Source: the human T2T-CHM13v2.0 reference genome, Homo sapiens. Taken from it: a stretch of DNA of 64,000 bases. The stretch is taken from NCBI GenBank assembly GCA_009914755.4, contig CP068257.2:16992001-17056000 (forward strand), written 5' to 3'. Positions 37,945 to 52,297 of the stretch are shown piece by piece. The notes beneath the pieces were generated by a model. The model was given only the letters and a program-made list of their open reading frames with translations, was not told the DNA's origin and did not search any database. Position 1 is the first letter of the stretch. Each line of letters opens with the position of its first letter. The position numbers and the translations under genes were made by a program.

Positions 37945-40447
37945 GAGAATACTGTGAGCAACTATATGTCAAAAAAATGCGAAAATCTAGAAGAAATGGA
38001 TAAATTTCTAGACACATAAAACCTACCAAGATTGAACCATGAAGAAGTAAAAAATCTGAACAGTAACAACATCAAAGTGATCATAAAAAGTTTCCCAGCA
38101 AAGAGAATTCCATGACCTGACTTCATCACTGCTGAGTTTTATCAAACATTTAAAGAACTAATACCAATCCTACTCAAACTACTCCAAAAAATGGAGGAGG
38201 GAATACTTCTAAACAAATTCCACAAGGCCAGTATTATCCTGATACTAAAACCAGACAAAGACACATTTTAAAAAAATGAATACTGATGCAAAAATTCTCA
38301 ACAAAAATACTACTAAACAGAATTCATCATACCTGGCTTATTTTTTATTTTCAGTAGAGATGGGGTTTCCCCATGTTGGCCAGGCTGGTCTTGAACTCCT
38401 GACCTCAGGTGATCTGCCTGCCTCAGCCTCCCAAAGTGCTGGGATTACAGGTGTGAGCCACTGCACCTGGCCAGTAGCATTTCTTTATGTAAACAATGAA
38501 CAATCGGAAAAACAAATCAAGAAAGTAATCCCACTTACAATAGCTACAAATAAAATTAAATACCTAGAACTTAACTAAATAAGTGAAAGATTTCTGGAAT
38601 GAAAACTATATAACATTTATTCCAGAGATTGAAGAGGACACCAAAAATTAAAACATATTCCATGTTATGAATTGGAAGAATCAATATTGTTATAATGTCC
38701 ACACTACTCAAAACAATCTGCAGATTCAATGCAATCCCTATCAAAATGTCCATGACATTCTTCACAGAAATAAAAAAAAAATTCTAGAAGTAATATGGAA
38801 CCACAAAAGACCCAGAATAATCAAAGCCATCCTAAGTGAAACAAAAACAGAAACAAAAACAAAACTGGAGGAATCACATACCTGACTTTGAATTATACTA
38901 CAGAGCTATAGTAACAAAAACAGCATGGTACTGACATGGAAACAGACAGAGAGACCAATGGGACAGAACAGAGAAACCAGAAATAAATTTTTACATCTAC
39001 AGTGAGCTCCTTTTCAACAAAGGTGCCAAGAATATTCATTGGGGAAAGGACAGCCTCTTCCAAAAAATAGTGCTGGGAAAACTGTACATTCATATGAAAA
39101 AGAATAAAACTAGATGCCTATCTCTCAGCATATACAAAAAATCAAATCTAAATGGATTAAAGACTTAAATCTAAGACTTCAAACTATAAAACATCTACAA
39201 GAAAACACTGGAGAAACTGTCCAGAACATTGGGCAAAGATTTGTTGAGTAATACCCCACAAGCACAGGCAACCAAAGCAAACCTCAACAAATGAGATCAC
39301 TTCAAGTGAAAAACCTGTGCAGCAAAAAGAAGCAATCAACAAAGTGAAGAGGCAACAGAATGGGAGAAAACATTTGTAAACTACAACTTGACAAGGTATT
39401 AATAGCCAGAAACTATAAGAAGCTCAAACAACTCAATAGGAAAAAGCTAATAATCTGATTTTAAAATGAGCAAAAGATCCGAGTAGATATTTCTGAAAAG
39501 AAAATGTGCAAATGGCAAACAGGCATATGAAAAGGTGCTTGACATGATTGATCCTGAGAGAAATGCAAATGAAAACTATAATGAGATATCATCTCACCCC
39601 AGTTAAAATGACCTTTATCCAGAAGACAGGCAATAACAAATGCTGGCGAGGCTGTGGAGAAAAGGAAACTCTTACACTGCTGGTGGGAATGTAAATTAAT
39701 TAGTACAATGACTATGGAGAACAGTATGGAGGTTCCTTAAAAAAGTAAAAATAGAACTAGGATGTGATCCAGCAATCCTACTTCTAGGTATATACCCCAA
39801 ATAAAGAAAAGATGTATATCGACAAGATACCTGCACGCCTATGTTTATTGCAAGACTATTCACAATAGGCAAGGTTTGAAAGCAACCTAAGTGTCCATCC
39901 GCAGGTGAATGGTTAAATAAAAGGTAGTATATGTTCAGAATGGTATTATTCTGCCATAAAAATGAATGAGATCCTGTCATTTGCAACAACGTGGATAGAA
40001 CTGGAGGTCATTATATTAAGTGAAATAAGCCGGAACAGAAAGACAAACTTCACATGTTCCCACTCACCTGTGAAAGCTAAAAATTAAAGCAGTTGAATCC
40101 AGGGAGATAGAGAGTAGAATGATGGTTATCAGAGGCTGGGAATCATTGTTGCAGAGGGGACAGTGGGGATGGTTACATACAAAAATATAGTTAGATAAAA
40201 TGAGTAAGATCTAGTATTTCATAGCAGAACAGGGTGACTGCAGTCAACAATAATTTATTGTACCTTTTTAAATAATTAAAATAATATAATTTGAATGCTT
40301 GTAACACAAATGATAAATGCTTCAGGTGATGGATACCCCATTTATCCTAATGTGATTATTACACATTGCTTGCATGTATCAGAATATCTCATGTACCCCA
40401 TAAATATATACACCTACTATGTACCCATAATTGTTTTTTAAAAAACC
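37945..40447 (+). mobile_element. L1 (L1PB-like) 3' two-thirds in sense orientation: ORF2 from the post-EN region to the C-terminus plus 3'UTR. An internal deletion of about 600 bp in the RT core coincides with an Alu fragment.
   Basis: Translations match L1 ORF2p: ...[79 protein letters not shown]...KILNKILLNRI.HH followed by the Alu. It resumes ...[30 protein letters not shown]... through ...[28 protein letters not shown]. The 3'UTR end, ...gatggataccccatttatcctaatgtgattattacacattgcttgcatgtatcagaatatctcatgtaccccataaatatatacac..., is L1PB-type. Confidence 0.85.
38333..38473 (-). mobile_element. Alu fragment (left monomer plus part of the right), antisense, inserted in the L1 ORF2 at the site of the RT-core deletion
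   Basis: cctggcttattttttattttcagtagagatggggtttccccatgttggccaggctggtcttgaactcctgacctcaggtgatctgcctgcctcagcctcccaaagtgctgggattacaggtgtgagccactgcacctggcc. Confidence 0.9.
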
Positions 40448-41039
40448 CTAATTGGTATTAAAGCCACTGCCTATGTCCTATTTCCTGATTCCCCTCTATT
40501 CATTTGAGTAACATGATTGTCTGTAACCTAAGACTGTTGGTCAAATTTGATGCTTACTAAGATCACTCAGTTTTTTTATGAGTCCTGTTTGACAATTATT
40601 CCCTTTGTTTTAGCTCCTAGGAGCTGCCTCTATAGCTTTTGTCCCAGAATAAGAAGTTAAATGAAACAGACCCACAGTTGACACTTAGCCTGAAGGACAG
40701 AAAAAACTAGCCAGAAATTTGTATGTAACATAACAAATAAATAAATATTTATTATTAGAGACTGAGATTTAGGATTTCATTTATTACCCCAATGAAGGTG
40801 ACTAGTATGGCAGGATATGTTTGAAGAGGATCCTCTTTTTAAGCAATTTATACGCAGGGTTGCATTTGTAGTTTAAAAGCTCAAAAGGCGCCATTTTGTC
40901 TGAAAAAGTAGAACCTGAGAAGGATAATGACAGAATCTATAGAATCACAAAGATTATGTAACAAAAATTGCTAAGGGGTGGCATGATGGTCATTCCTTTC
41001 ATAAAAGTATTCCTGAATTATCTAATAGCATTTTTTTTA

Positions 41040-41280
41040 CATTTTAATTTGTTAAACTTTGTGAGTACATAATAGGTGTATATATTTATGGGGTACATGA
41101 GATGTTTTGAGATAGTCATGCAATGTGACAATTTAATAACTTCTTGATAACTATGGATTCTGTGGTTCAGAAAACTCTCTAATCTTTTCTACATAGTTCC
41201 ATGTTCTTTCTTTATCATTATGTTTCAATTAGCCATAATATTTCCCACAGCCATAATATAGATATTAAAATGCGGCAGAG
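41040..41280 (-). mobile_element. Possible L1PB-type 3'UTR fragment, antisense
   Basis: ttgttaaactttgtgagtacataataggtgtatatatttatggggtacatgagatgttttgagatagtcatgcaatgtgacaatttaataa is the reverse complement of the L1PB 3'UTR motif seen in sense at 40300-40447 (…gtaccccataaatatatacac…). Weak. Confidence 0.35.
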
Positions 41281-42092
41281 GTATGGTAAAGAATAGCAAA
41301 ACCTCAGTACCCCCGCAACACACACATTAAAGCTTTATCAGCAATTATTACTATCTAGGAGTGGGATTTAGGCTTATTTTTAAAATAAATATTCTGTCAG
41401 TTTCCTTTAAAGAAATACAAATATGTTCTGCAAGTGAATAATAAAACTGCTTTACTTTTAGGCAAAATTTATTTTTCTTCTGATGAACTGGTTTTGATGG
41501 ATAAGTTGCAGTATTAAAAAATGGAGTTGACATGTGAAAAGAAAGTATTGCACAATTCATTACAGGAGTCAATTTCTAGTCTTTCTGTGTCAATTCAGAT
41601 ATCAGAAGTCATGTTCTTAACCTAGACTATCTCTAAGGAAGTTATAAAAACTGAGATTATGATAAATAACACTAGAATACGCTACTGAAAAATGATTTCT
41701 AAGTAGTGCAATCAATATCCATTTATAGACACACAAAACTGTAGCCCATAGGATTCAAAAATGTACTGCAAGCAATTTAAAATAAAGCAATTTCATTACT
41801 GGAAGACAGCAGAAAGCTTCTTAGGGAAAATTCTAAGATTTTGTTGGTTTATTTAAATTTTAGATTTTAGTAAAACCACTAATATATCACAATCTCCTGC
41901 CCATTTTGTTTTTAAGGACTCAAAGCAGGTAATTCACAAAGATTGCAATAAAGCACAAACCCAGAGCCATTAAAATGGAAAGTGTCTATTTATGCTAATC
42001 TTTTCCTCCAATATTCACCAAAAATGCAGGTTGCTGTATATTCTTTATTAAGGCTATATAATGAAACTTTTTCTACATCTAAATGACACTTT

Positions 42093-42240
42093 TCTAGGAA
42101 TATATATATGTGTATATATATACATATATATATTCTAGGAATATATATATACACATATATATTCTAGGAATATATATATACACATATATATTCTAGGAAT
42201 ATATATATACACATATATATTCTAGGAATATATGTATATA
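42093..42240. repeat. Minisatellite of about 5 tandem copies of a ~29-32 bp AT-rich unit (tctaggaatatatatatacacatatatat)
   Basis: Direct read: tctaggaatatatatatgtgtatatatatacatatatatattctaggaatatatatatacacatatatattctaggaatatatatatacacatatatattctaggaatatatatatacacatatatattctaggaatatatgtatata. Confidence 0.9.
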
Positions 42241-45200
42241 GAAAGTTATTTAAGTGACAATAGTTCAGAGGTACTTGTCAGACATACTTTCATCAGATAA
42301 ATTCTACATGGAAAGGCAGGGGATTGAATGGGAATTTTAATGTACATATCCTTTCTGGGTAACATTAAATTTATCTCCTCTACTGACTTTCTTAATAAGA
42401 TGATTTACATATCTGTTGCTTTTCTGTTGGTACTTTCTGGATATTTGTCATTGCAAGTCTGTTAAATCACTTGCAATGGCCTCTGACTGAATGTGGTGCA
42501 TGAATCCTAGATGCTATTTTCGCAACTTAATTTATTGCTCTCTTTTCTTTGTCTGGTTTCTTTCTAAATACCCTTCAAAATCTAGCTAAAGCATCACAAT
42601 TTTCAGGTAGCCTTTCCAGAATGATTAGTGTGACCAAAAAAATGCTCCTTCATATTCTAATAGTAACCTATTCTTAACATATAACACAGCTAACTAGTGA
42701 TAATCAGAAGTCTACTGGTGATTTTTCTTCATTAAACTTTAATTAGAAAAAAACTCCGAGATATTTAAATTATCATTTTTTCAGGGAAAAATAAACTATG
42801 ATATTTGAAAATAGTCACCAAATTAAATATTACAGTAATAAAGCTAATCTCTGTGAAGAGATAATGGCATTCTGCTTCTATCCAAGAAAGAGTAACAGGA
42901 AATGGATTTATGCTCCTGCCCTAAATCAATATAAAAAATATATCATAAGAGTTTTCAAGACATTAGTTACCAGCAAACTTAGCATAGTGATCTTGAGAGA
43001 CAGGAAACAAATGAATGGAACCTTATGATTATTCTGTGTTCCTGCCTTGATAGTTTCCAGGGTATTGTGAAGAATGAAAATCTAAGACAGAACTTAGAGG
43101 ATGTCTTGAGTTTGGGACACAGAGCTAAAATACCAGACAGACTGTAACCCCTACAGTTCATAGTGCTGAGTACTGTAGAGAACAGAGAGAGAGAAAAGGA
43201 GAAGGAGAATGAATACTGGAGATCTGAAGAGAGTCACCCTATATTATTCAGGAAAGTACGATAATGAGAAAAATACTCAACTCAAGGCTAGGATCAGGGA
43301 GGGAGAGAAAATATCTGACAGGTTACAGAGAATAGTACTCAGAACTCACGCAGAACAGGGAATAGTATGTTTCCATCAACCACATTGAACGCATAATTCA
43401 CGGATCACTGGATAGAACATTCAGTATTCATTAGTGAAAAAACTGGTGACATTTGAGTAAAGTCTGTGGTTTTGTCAACATCATTGTATCAATAGTATTT
43501 TTTTAATTTTAATAAATGTACCATGATTGTATAAGATGTTAATATTAGTGAAAGTTGAGGGAAAGGTACTTGGAAAGACCCTGTTCTATTGTGTTTTTGA
43601 GTTTTTTTATAAAGTTAAAATTATTTCAAAATAATTTGAAAACAAGAGTCACATCACTATATATGATATTCAAATGGCTAATAAACGTGCTCATGTACTT
43701 ATTTTTATTAGTAATTATGGAAACGGAATCTAGTACTACTACATCTTCAGTGGAATAGCTAAAATAGAAATAAATAATAATAATGGAAATCCAAAAAAAA
43801 GAAAATGGGCAATACCAAATGGAGGCTAGAATGTAGAACAACTAGAACTCTTGTAACACGATTATTTGGAGTACAAACTGGCACAATTGTTTTGGAAAAG
43901 TTGCCTGTAATTATCTACCAAATTTGAACGCATTCACATACTATAAATTATTAAATCAAGTTGTAGGTGTACACACAACTTAATATATAGCATACATATT
44001 GTTTACAATAATGTTCACATATGCACCAAAATTATAAGAAAGTATACTCATGTTGCACTCATACTCAAGCAAATACATAATTTTATATTCAATTTTGATA
44101 AACAGGCAAGTCAACTCTATCAGGATAGAGTTGACAAATCAACACAAGTCAGGATAGTAACTACTGTGGGCAAGAGAGTAAGGGTAAATTGAAAAGGAGA
44201 AGGAAGGGGCATCTAGCAGATGGTAATGTTCCAATCTGCAAACTGTGTGGTAGTTACATGGATGTGTTAACCTCATGACAAGTTAACAGGCTATTCACTT
44301 TTCTGCACTTCTCTCTATAGACAAAAAGTTAAAAGGTACTTAATAAAAAACAAGTTTCTAAATTAGTCTCATCTTCAGTTCTTTCTTTCTTGGCTTGTTT
44401 TTTTACACCCCAGAACATCAATGTACTACTTAAAAATGAATGAATATATTTGAATCATTATAAGAGTAAATATTAGTACCTGCTAAGAAATCATTTCTAA
44501 AACTTACTGGTCAGAATGATTCTATCTGGTTTTATATAGATATCTCATCTTGTTAATTCCCTCCTGTACCTTAAAAAATGCTAACCTATACTTTAAATAC
44601 ACTTGCCCATCAAACTGTATCCACAAAAATTAATGCTAATGAGTAAAATCAAAGTGGAAGCAGAGGGTATCCATTCAGGATTCATCAGAATTATGCTTTT
44701 GTTTACAAATCTAATGTCTGATTTCTGTAAGACCGTATCTCTGACTTGTTATTGACAAAGATTTTAGCACTAACATTTTTATACCTGCAGCAAAAAACAA
44801 TTTGTCTTGTAGGCAAATGATACCTCTATTTCAGTTTTCTTCGAATTCTTCCATGAAAACATCTTGTCTTTAATTTATAAGATTTAGCAAAGACTACCTC
44901 CCTGGGAATTAAAAAACAAGCAAGAAACAAGCTGTCAGAGAAATTTTACTCCATTCTGCTGATGACTGTGTTTGGAATGTAATTATCACACAGTCAGTGG
45001 TGGGTCCAGGTTCCGTGAAGACTGAAGCTTACATAGTTTTTTGGGACGTCTTCAAGAAAAAAAAAGGGAGAGTGCAAATACATCTTATGAATGAAAATTT
45101 TATTGAAACATAGGATGATGTGAATACATTGTTAGGGCCCCTTCTTTGGGATCAGTATAAGTGAAAGAAAAATTGTTTCTTTTTCTTCATGGTAAGTCCA

Positions 45201-48200
45201 GTCCTTAATGGTATCTCTGGTTCTATGGATAGAACCAGGAGATAATCACATAAAGCAGATGTCAAAAAGAAGAGACACCTCTAGGGGAAGAGCAAGCAAT
45301 GTAAATAAATGAAATGGGGTGTGTTTAAAGAAATTATAGTGCAAGGGTTATTACAAATGGCAACTTGCAACCTCATTCTCATGGAAGAGATAATAGGGGA
45401 TGATGTAACTATGCCACTCTGCCTTGCATGATGGAAAACAGCCAAATTTCAAATCCACTCAACTTCTTACACATAGTTGACTGTTGTTCACTCTTCCCTT
45501 ATTGAACAAATCAAAAGAAATCTGTATTTTCATTATAAATATCCCATTTTAAAAAATTAGCATTGAATTTAAACTATTGAGTATCTCCCTTTGAATATAG
45601 AACCTGGGATTTTCCCCAAGCCTTATATACACAAATGTAAATAGAACTAGTGAAACATGGCCCTAAAACTAACCCCGGCCATAGGTTGAGGCTAAAGATA
45701 AGTAGTGAGCTGGCCCTGAACGTTTTACCTTGTTTGTAATGATTTAAATTAGAAGATACTCCTTTCCCCACCAAAATAGGGGACTTGTTGAGACTTGGAT
45801 ACATATCTTAGATTTAGGGAATTCTGATGAGATGGAAAAAATTCAGTGGATTGACAAAACAATTAGGTCTGTAGTATGTTTGGCCTAAGCTCTCCTCATC
45901 TTTGTTAGTTTTCCCGGAAATGGATTCAAAGATACTAAGTGGGTTATAAATGCCACTGTCTTTATCAGAAGATTGCTTGAATGACTAGGAATCCATGGAA
46001 AGACCACCTGAGGAGCCTAATGCTGTGCCTCATGTTTAATGGGCCAAGCTGTATCTGTACCGTCATTTTAAATGGAAATATACAAAGTTAAGAAAGAAAA
46101 GCAGCAACAGTGTTTACGACATACTTCACAGGTGATGTTTGTTCAGGGGTAAAAAATAGGGTAAGTGTAGGCAGATGGATTCCAAAGAAATCAAAAGCTT
46201 GTTTAAATGCAAATGTTCCCAGGAAGAAGAAGCATTTAGAGAAGAAATGATATATAAATAAAGTTCCTCTCAGCAGAATGTTTTCTTGCTCACGTTTACA
46301 AGAGGCAACCTCAGGTGTCTAATGGAGATATAAGGAAGAACTAAAAGTGGATACCTTTGTGAAAGGAGTTTTGGTGCCTCTAAAAGCCTGCTGTCTGAGA
46401 TACTTTATTTAGCTACGGAACTGAATGTGCAACCAAATTACAATCTTTCTTCTCTTTCAATTTTGTACACTGATCTTGACTTCAGGATTAGTTGACACTT
46501 CAAGAAATAAAAGTGCAATTTAGCCTTCCTTTTAATCTCCACTTAACTTCTGTGATAACAAGCAACTGCTTAGCAAGGTAATTAATGGGAAATTATGCTT
46601 TTTTATTGGCAACTTGGGATGTACTTCTGAAGAGCAAGACAGGAAGCACTGAATCATAATGTGGTACTAATTATTTTCTATCTCAGCTATTTTGGTCATA
46701 GCACCAATATGAGTCGGTAATCTGAAAGATGGGGAAGAGAATATCTCTTGGCCCACCAAGAGGACTTATTTGAGGGGGGAGAAGAATAAGTTAAATGTCT
46801 CCTATGTTTGAAGATACATGATCAAACACAAATCTCTTATTTTTTACATGTGGCATCATTATTACACACGACATACATTTGTTAGATCATTTAATCCCAC
46901 AGAATACAGTGTGACAATTGCTTAAGAAAAAAAAGAGATGAAATCTTCATACCTCACTCAGACTTTTCAGCAGTGGATTAAATGAATATTTAGCAAAGCA
47001 AGTTAGCAGTTTGCAAATGTGCAATTAAAATCCTGGCTCTTCTCTAATTATGTAACACAAGTTAAATGGTCTTAATAGACATATAATGATAGCTTTATAA
47101 ACCTATAGTTACTTATAATCAAATGTAATTTCTATTTCGGTTTTAAAGCACCCATTAAATGTCTATTATGATTTTTAAGTAATTTGGCAGACATTTAATG
47201 AATACTTTACAAACCTAAATAGTAATTATTTCAAGAGACAACTGTTAACATATAGGAGTAACAGCTATTCATTTGAACACATGGTTTAAAACTAATTACT
47301 GAGCTATTTATGCAATACCCAGTGGATTTACAACAAAAAGAAAATCATAATTTTATTGTAATCTTATCTCTTAAAATAGAAACAATTTTTTTCTAATTTT
47401 GTGCTGGGTTCTGTGACATAACCTGTCATCTTCCAAAAATGTAACACTGGTAAGTCAAATCTTTTCAGAATACCATGAATACTCCAGAAAATTAATTTTG
47501 TTCTGGGCAGAGAAAAAATGTATTTTATGCATTAATTTACTGTTATATTTTGGGTATGTTGCTAGGAGACTTAAATGAATAAAATTCAATGTAGACAGGT
47601 TCTTTCTTATTGCAAGTTGTAGGTGATGAACCTGTTTTCAATCTCTCAGCATAATGCTACAAATATTATCAAAAGACCACTATTTCTCACTATTTATAAA
47701 ACAGGTATAGGTTGGCAACATCTTTTCACACCTAAAATGCTTAAAATTCTTTAACATGACAGAATTTTATGTTACAGTACAGCCACTAAACTTTTCTCAT
47801 GAAACAGAAATTATTATTTTTGGCCCATGCAGCAGTTTTGAGCATTATAGGAGGACTTTACTGCCTATTTCATGGGTGATTCACATTAATTTGTAAAATT
47901 AAAATTGCTTTATTGTTTCTGTGAGATATAGGTATTTTAAGTCTGAATTTCCAACTCTGGTTGACGTAATTACACAAATTAGATAATTATTTGAAGGTGA
48001 GAAAGAAGTTTTCATACCAATGTGTATTAATATGTATTATATTTAAATTATCATTATAGTATTATGGAGAGTTAATTTCATAATTTAGTTTTTTTCATAT
48101 ACACTCTGTCTCAGCATTGTGGTCATTTGTGATTTTTCATATCCTAACCTGTCTTTCCTTTTTTGACAAGAAAAAATAATGCAATCATTCTCTCTCTCTA

Positions 48201-48599
48201 CTAGCTTTACTTATTTATCATATAGGTATATGTAGCATCCATAAAATAATACATGTGTGAGTCTATTATATATAAACAAAATAATTCATACAGAATTCTC
48301 ATTACATAAATATGTGTTTGATTTACTAACACCATTAATAACAGAACAGGCAACGTGCTTTCCTGAGTCTTTTCTTGAGACTCGACTGTTGGTCTTTTTC
48401 CATGTTCACGCACTAACATGGCCAAGCTCAGTTCTCTACTCAGTCAGAATGGCTAATGAAAGATGACTCTGTTTCTCTCTAAGATCCAGTCTAGATATAG
48501 CCATATTTAAAGAGGGTTCTCACTCCTGATTTATTCTAGTTCATCTTGGACAACAATTTAGTCTTAGAGAAGAGGGAAAAAATGCATCTCTATCTCAAG

Positions 48600-49032
48600 A
48601 ACATGTATATCTTCTTATTCTTATGAAATATACTAGATAGAAAAAAAAGAGAAATACAAAATAAAAACAGGAGTCCTAAAATTTGGATAGCCCAACCCCC
48701 TTTCGCAAATTCAATGGTATCTATAAAATTCATGCTGGGTTACAAATAAAATATAGTTAAATGAGTTATAACTTTATTTAAATCCATATACAAATAATAT
48801 TATAAACTAGAACATTTATATCTTCTTATTCTTATGAAATGTACTAGATAATAAAAAAGATAAATAAGAAATACAAATAGGAGTCCTAAAATCCTAAAAT
48901 TTGGATAGCACAACCTCTACTCACAAACTCAATGACATCTATAAAATTCATGCTGGGTTACATATAAAACATAGTTAAATGAGTTATAACTTTGTGTAAA
49001 TCCATATACAAATAATGTTATAAACTAATACA
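48600..49032. repeat. Tandem duplication of two ~215-bp copies, about 88% identical
   Basis: Copy 1, 48600-48810: aacatgtatatcttcttattcttatgaaatatactagatag...aaatacaaaataaaaacaggagtcctaaaatttggatagcccaac...ctataaaattcatgctgggttacaaataaaatatagttaaatgagttataactttatttaaatccatatacaaataatattataaactag. Copy 2, 48811-49032: aacatttatatcttcttattcttatgaaatgtactagataat...ggagtcctaaaatcctaaaatttggatagcacaac...ctataaaattcatgctgggttacatataaaacatagttaaatgagttataactttgtgtaaatccatatacaaataatgttataaactaatac. Confidence 0.85.
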
Positions 49033-50151
49033 GTGTGATGTTTAGAAAAAGCTAACCATTAAGTCTCTATTTATACTGCCTATGCCTTATGATGTTATAC
49101 ATTAATACAATTTTTAAAATAACAAGTAGTCATTTGTATACATGTGCTAGAAACTCAGCAGAGAGGTCTGTACTACATACACTGTGCATCAGTCTGCCAA
49201 GGATTGGCATGTAGATAGTGATGCCATATAGTGATGTGAGATCAAAAAGAGGTTGCATAGCTAAAGAAAAGAAGAATATCAAAGATAGAGTTCTATAATA
49301 TCCAACACCAAAAGTTCAGGAAATTAGGACAAGCAAGCATATGAGACTGGACAGATGTCAGAGGGGTAGGGAAAAACCAGGCAAAAATAGATGACTGGAA
49401 TCCAAATAAAGCCATTCTTCCAAAAAGCAGGAGATATTTAAACATGTTATATCCTATTGGTAGATCAGCTTAAAGATTAAGTATTAATCATTAGATTTAA
49501 CACTGGGAAATTAATTGGTAAACTGATAAAAGGAATACCAAAGTGCTACAATGAAAGATTGATGAAGTGGGCTGAAGAGACAAAAAAAAATAAAAAGAGT
49601 AAAAAATTAGTATAAGCTACTTTTAGTATTCCAAGGCATGCTCTTGTAAAGGGAAGTTAACAAAACCCAATCAATCAAACAAGCAGACAAAAACGGGGCT
49701 GTAGATGAAGACAGAATTGAAATTAAGAGAGCTTTTATTATAGGATGCAGATACAATGACACATTTATGTACTGATGGTAAGATCCAGGAGAGAGGGAAA
49801 ATTTGAAGATGCTTTAGAAAGAGGAATAAAACATCAAAGCCAAATTTTTATAGGTACAGCAAAGGGATGTAGTGCACAAAAATGAAAGTGAGTTGGTAGC
49901 TAGGAGTTTCATAGCTTATCCGCATGAACAAGCAAGCAAGGAGTTGGGCATGGTCTCAGGCGCTGGGTACATGTGGTAGTGGATCCTAAAGTTCTCTTGT
50001 GATTGATCCAATTTTCTTAGCAACATGGGAAGTGAGATCATTGGGTGATGTAAAGATAACTGTGGTAGTTCTGAATATTTGTGGAAAAAGGAAGTTTAAA
50101 ATAGCTTTCTAGGAGAGTGGAATGAAAAATTCATTGAAATGTGTAATTTAA

Positions 50152-50470
<319 letters not shown>

Positions 50471-50840
50471 GTGTAATTTAATTTCTAAGTAATAATGATG
50501 ACCAACTGTTCTGAAATTAACAATCACACATTTAAATTGAGAGCAATCAGCATGTGGTGTTTTGCTCCAATAACATTTACTTGCACATGCACATGAAAAA
50601 AGTAGTCAAAGAGTTGAATATTAAAGTGAGAAACTTATCAGATTTCTAAGGTAATGCCCAAAGTTTTCTGTGTGTATGCACATGTGCACGGGCAGGCATG
50701 TGTTTTGGTTGGCCTTCATCCACTGTAAAGCTTTATGTTGTGAAAATTTTCATATATTTTATAATAAGATATTCTGGAAGAAAAATGATGGTAGCTTAGT
50801 TTTGAATTTTCCTGCTTCTCTTCTAAAATTTATAGGGGGA

Positions 50841-51260
50841 TGTATTAGTGTCCTAAGACTATCGTAACACGGTATCACAACCTGAATAGTTTAAGCAACA
50901 GAAATTCACTGTCTCACTGTTCAGGATGTTAGATGTCTAAGATCAGGTCTCAGCAGTGTTGATTTCTTCTGAGGGCTCTGAGGGAAGAATCTGTTTCAGG
51001 CCTTATGCCTGGGCTTTTAGATGGCCATCTTCACCGTGTACTCCTTCACATGGAGATGTGTGTATGTGTGTGTGTGTGTGTGTTTCTCCAAGTTTCCCCC
51101 TTTTCAGTCATATTAAATCAGGGCAGAACTTATGATCTCATTTTAACTTGATTACCTCTGTAAGACCCTATCTCCAAATAAGGTCAGTTTCTGAGGTACT
51201 GAGGATTATGACTCCAACATATGAATTTCGCCGATGGCACACAATTCAATCCATAACAGG
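50841..51260 (+). mobile_element. MaLR solo LTR (MLT1-like), sense, with an internal (TG)n at 51058-51085
   Basis: ...cagaaattcactgtctcactgttcaggatgttagatgtctaagatcaggtctcagcagtgttgatttcttctgagggctctgagggaagaatctgtttcaggcc...cttcaccgtgtactccttcacatgg...ttacctctgtaagaccctatctccaaataaggtcagtttctgaggtactgaggattatgactccaacatatgaatttcgccgatggcacacaattcaatccataaca matches the MLT1 consensus (...CAGTTCTGGAGGCTGGAAGTCCAAGATCAAGGTGCCAGCAGGGTTGGTTCCTTCTGAGGGCTGTGAGGGAGAATCTGTTCCATGCC...TACCTCTGTAAAGACCCTATTTCCAAATAAGGTCACATTCTGAGGTACTGGGGGTTAGGACTTCAACATATGAATTTTGGGGGGACACAATTCAACCCATAACA). Confidence 0.75.
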
Positions 51261-51975
51261 CAAAGTGTTGCATTGCTATGACACAAAGAGACAAGGAGGG
51301 AAGAGAACTTAGAAATCACCTAATAAAATGCGCTCCCAGGAAGAAGATGGCATCATATAGCGTAGGAACCAACGTGCTCAAAGCTGAGCTGGAACAATGC
51401 ATCAGTCAAAGAGTAGACAAACAGAAATGCAGGGTGTGGAAGAGGGAGGAGGAGAAGACAAAAATTTAAAAAAACAGAACTCTAAAATGCCACCATAGTA
51501 AGTGTATTAAAATAAAAATTTAAAGCCTCTAACTATGGTAGAATAACCAGATGTGAACTTGTCTGTTTGCCTTACAAAAATAGGAAACAGGATAAAACGT
51601 AGAACTAATAAATTGTCAGATATTTTACCATAAGCAGCACAGAACTATGAACTCTAAGAGAAGAGAGAAAATTGATGTAAGTTCGGTTATTACTCTGACT
51701 TTCTGTCTGAAGGGATTTTCTTGAACTTGATGCAGAGAGGTATCCAAAGCACAGCATGACAATCTCCTTGATATGAGGAGATAGAGATAGAATTTCAGAC
51801 AGGTGGGTTTGGCTGGAAAATTGCAGAGCATGTATTAGAAAGAAGTATGATGTACAGACAATGGCTTTTATCTGCTTCAATCTGTTGCACAATGTAAACC
51901 ACACATGCCGTGGATGAACATCTAGTAATAGTGTATAGAAAATCAAAGATAACTATGTTCACAGATTTCTCATTA

Positions 51976-52297
<322 letters not shown>

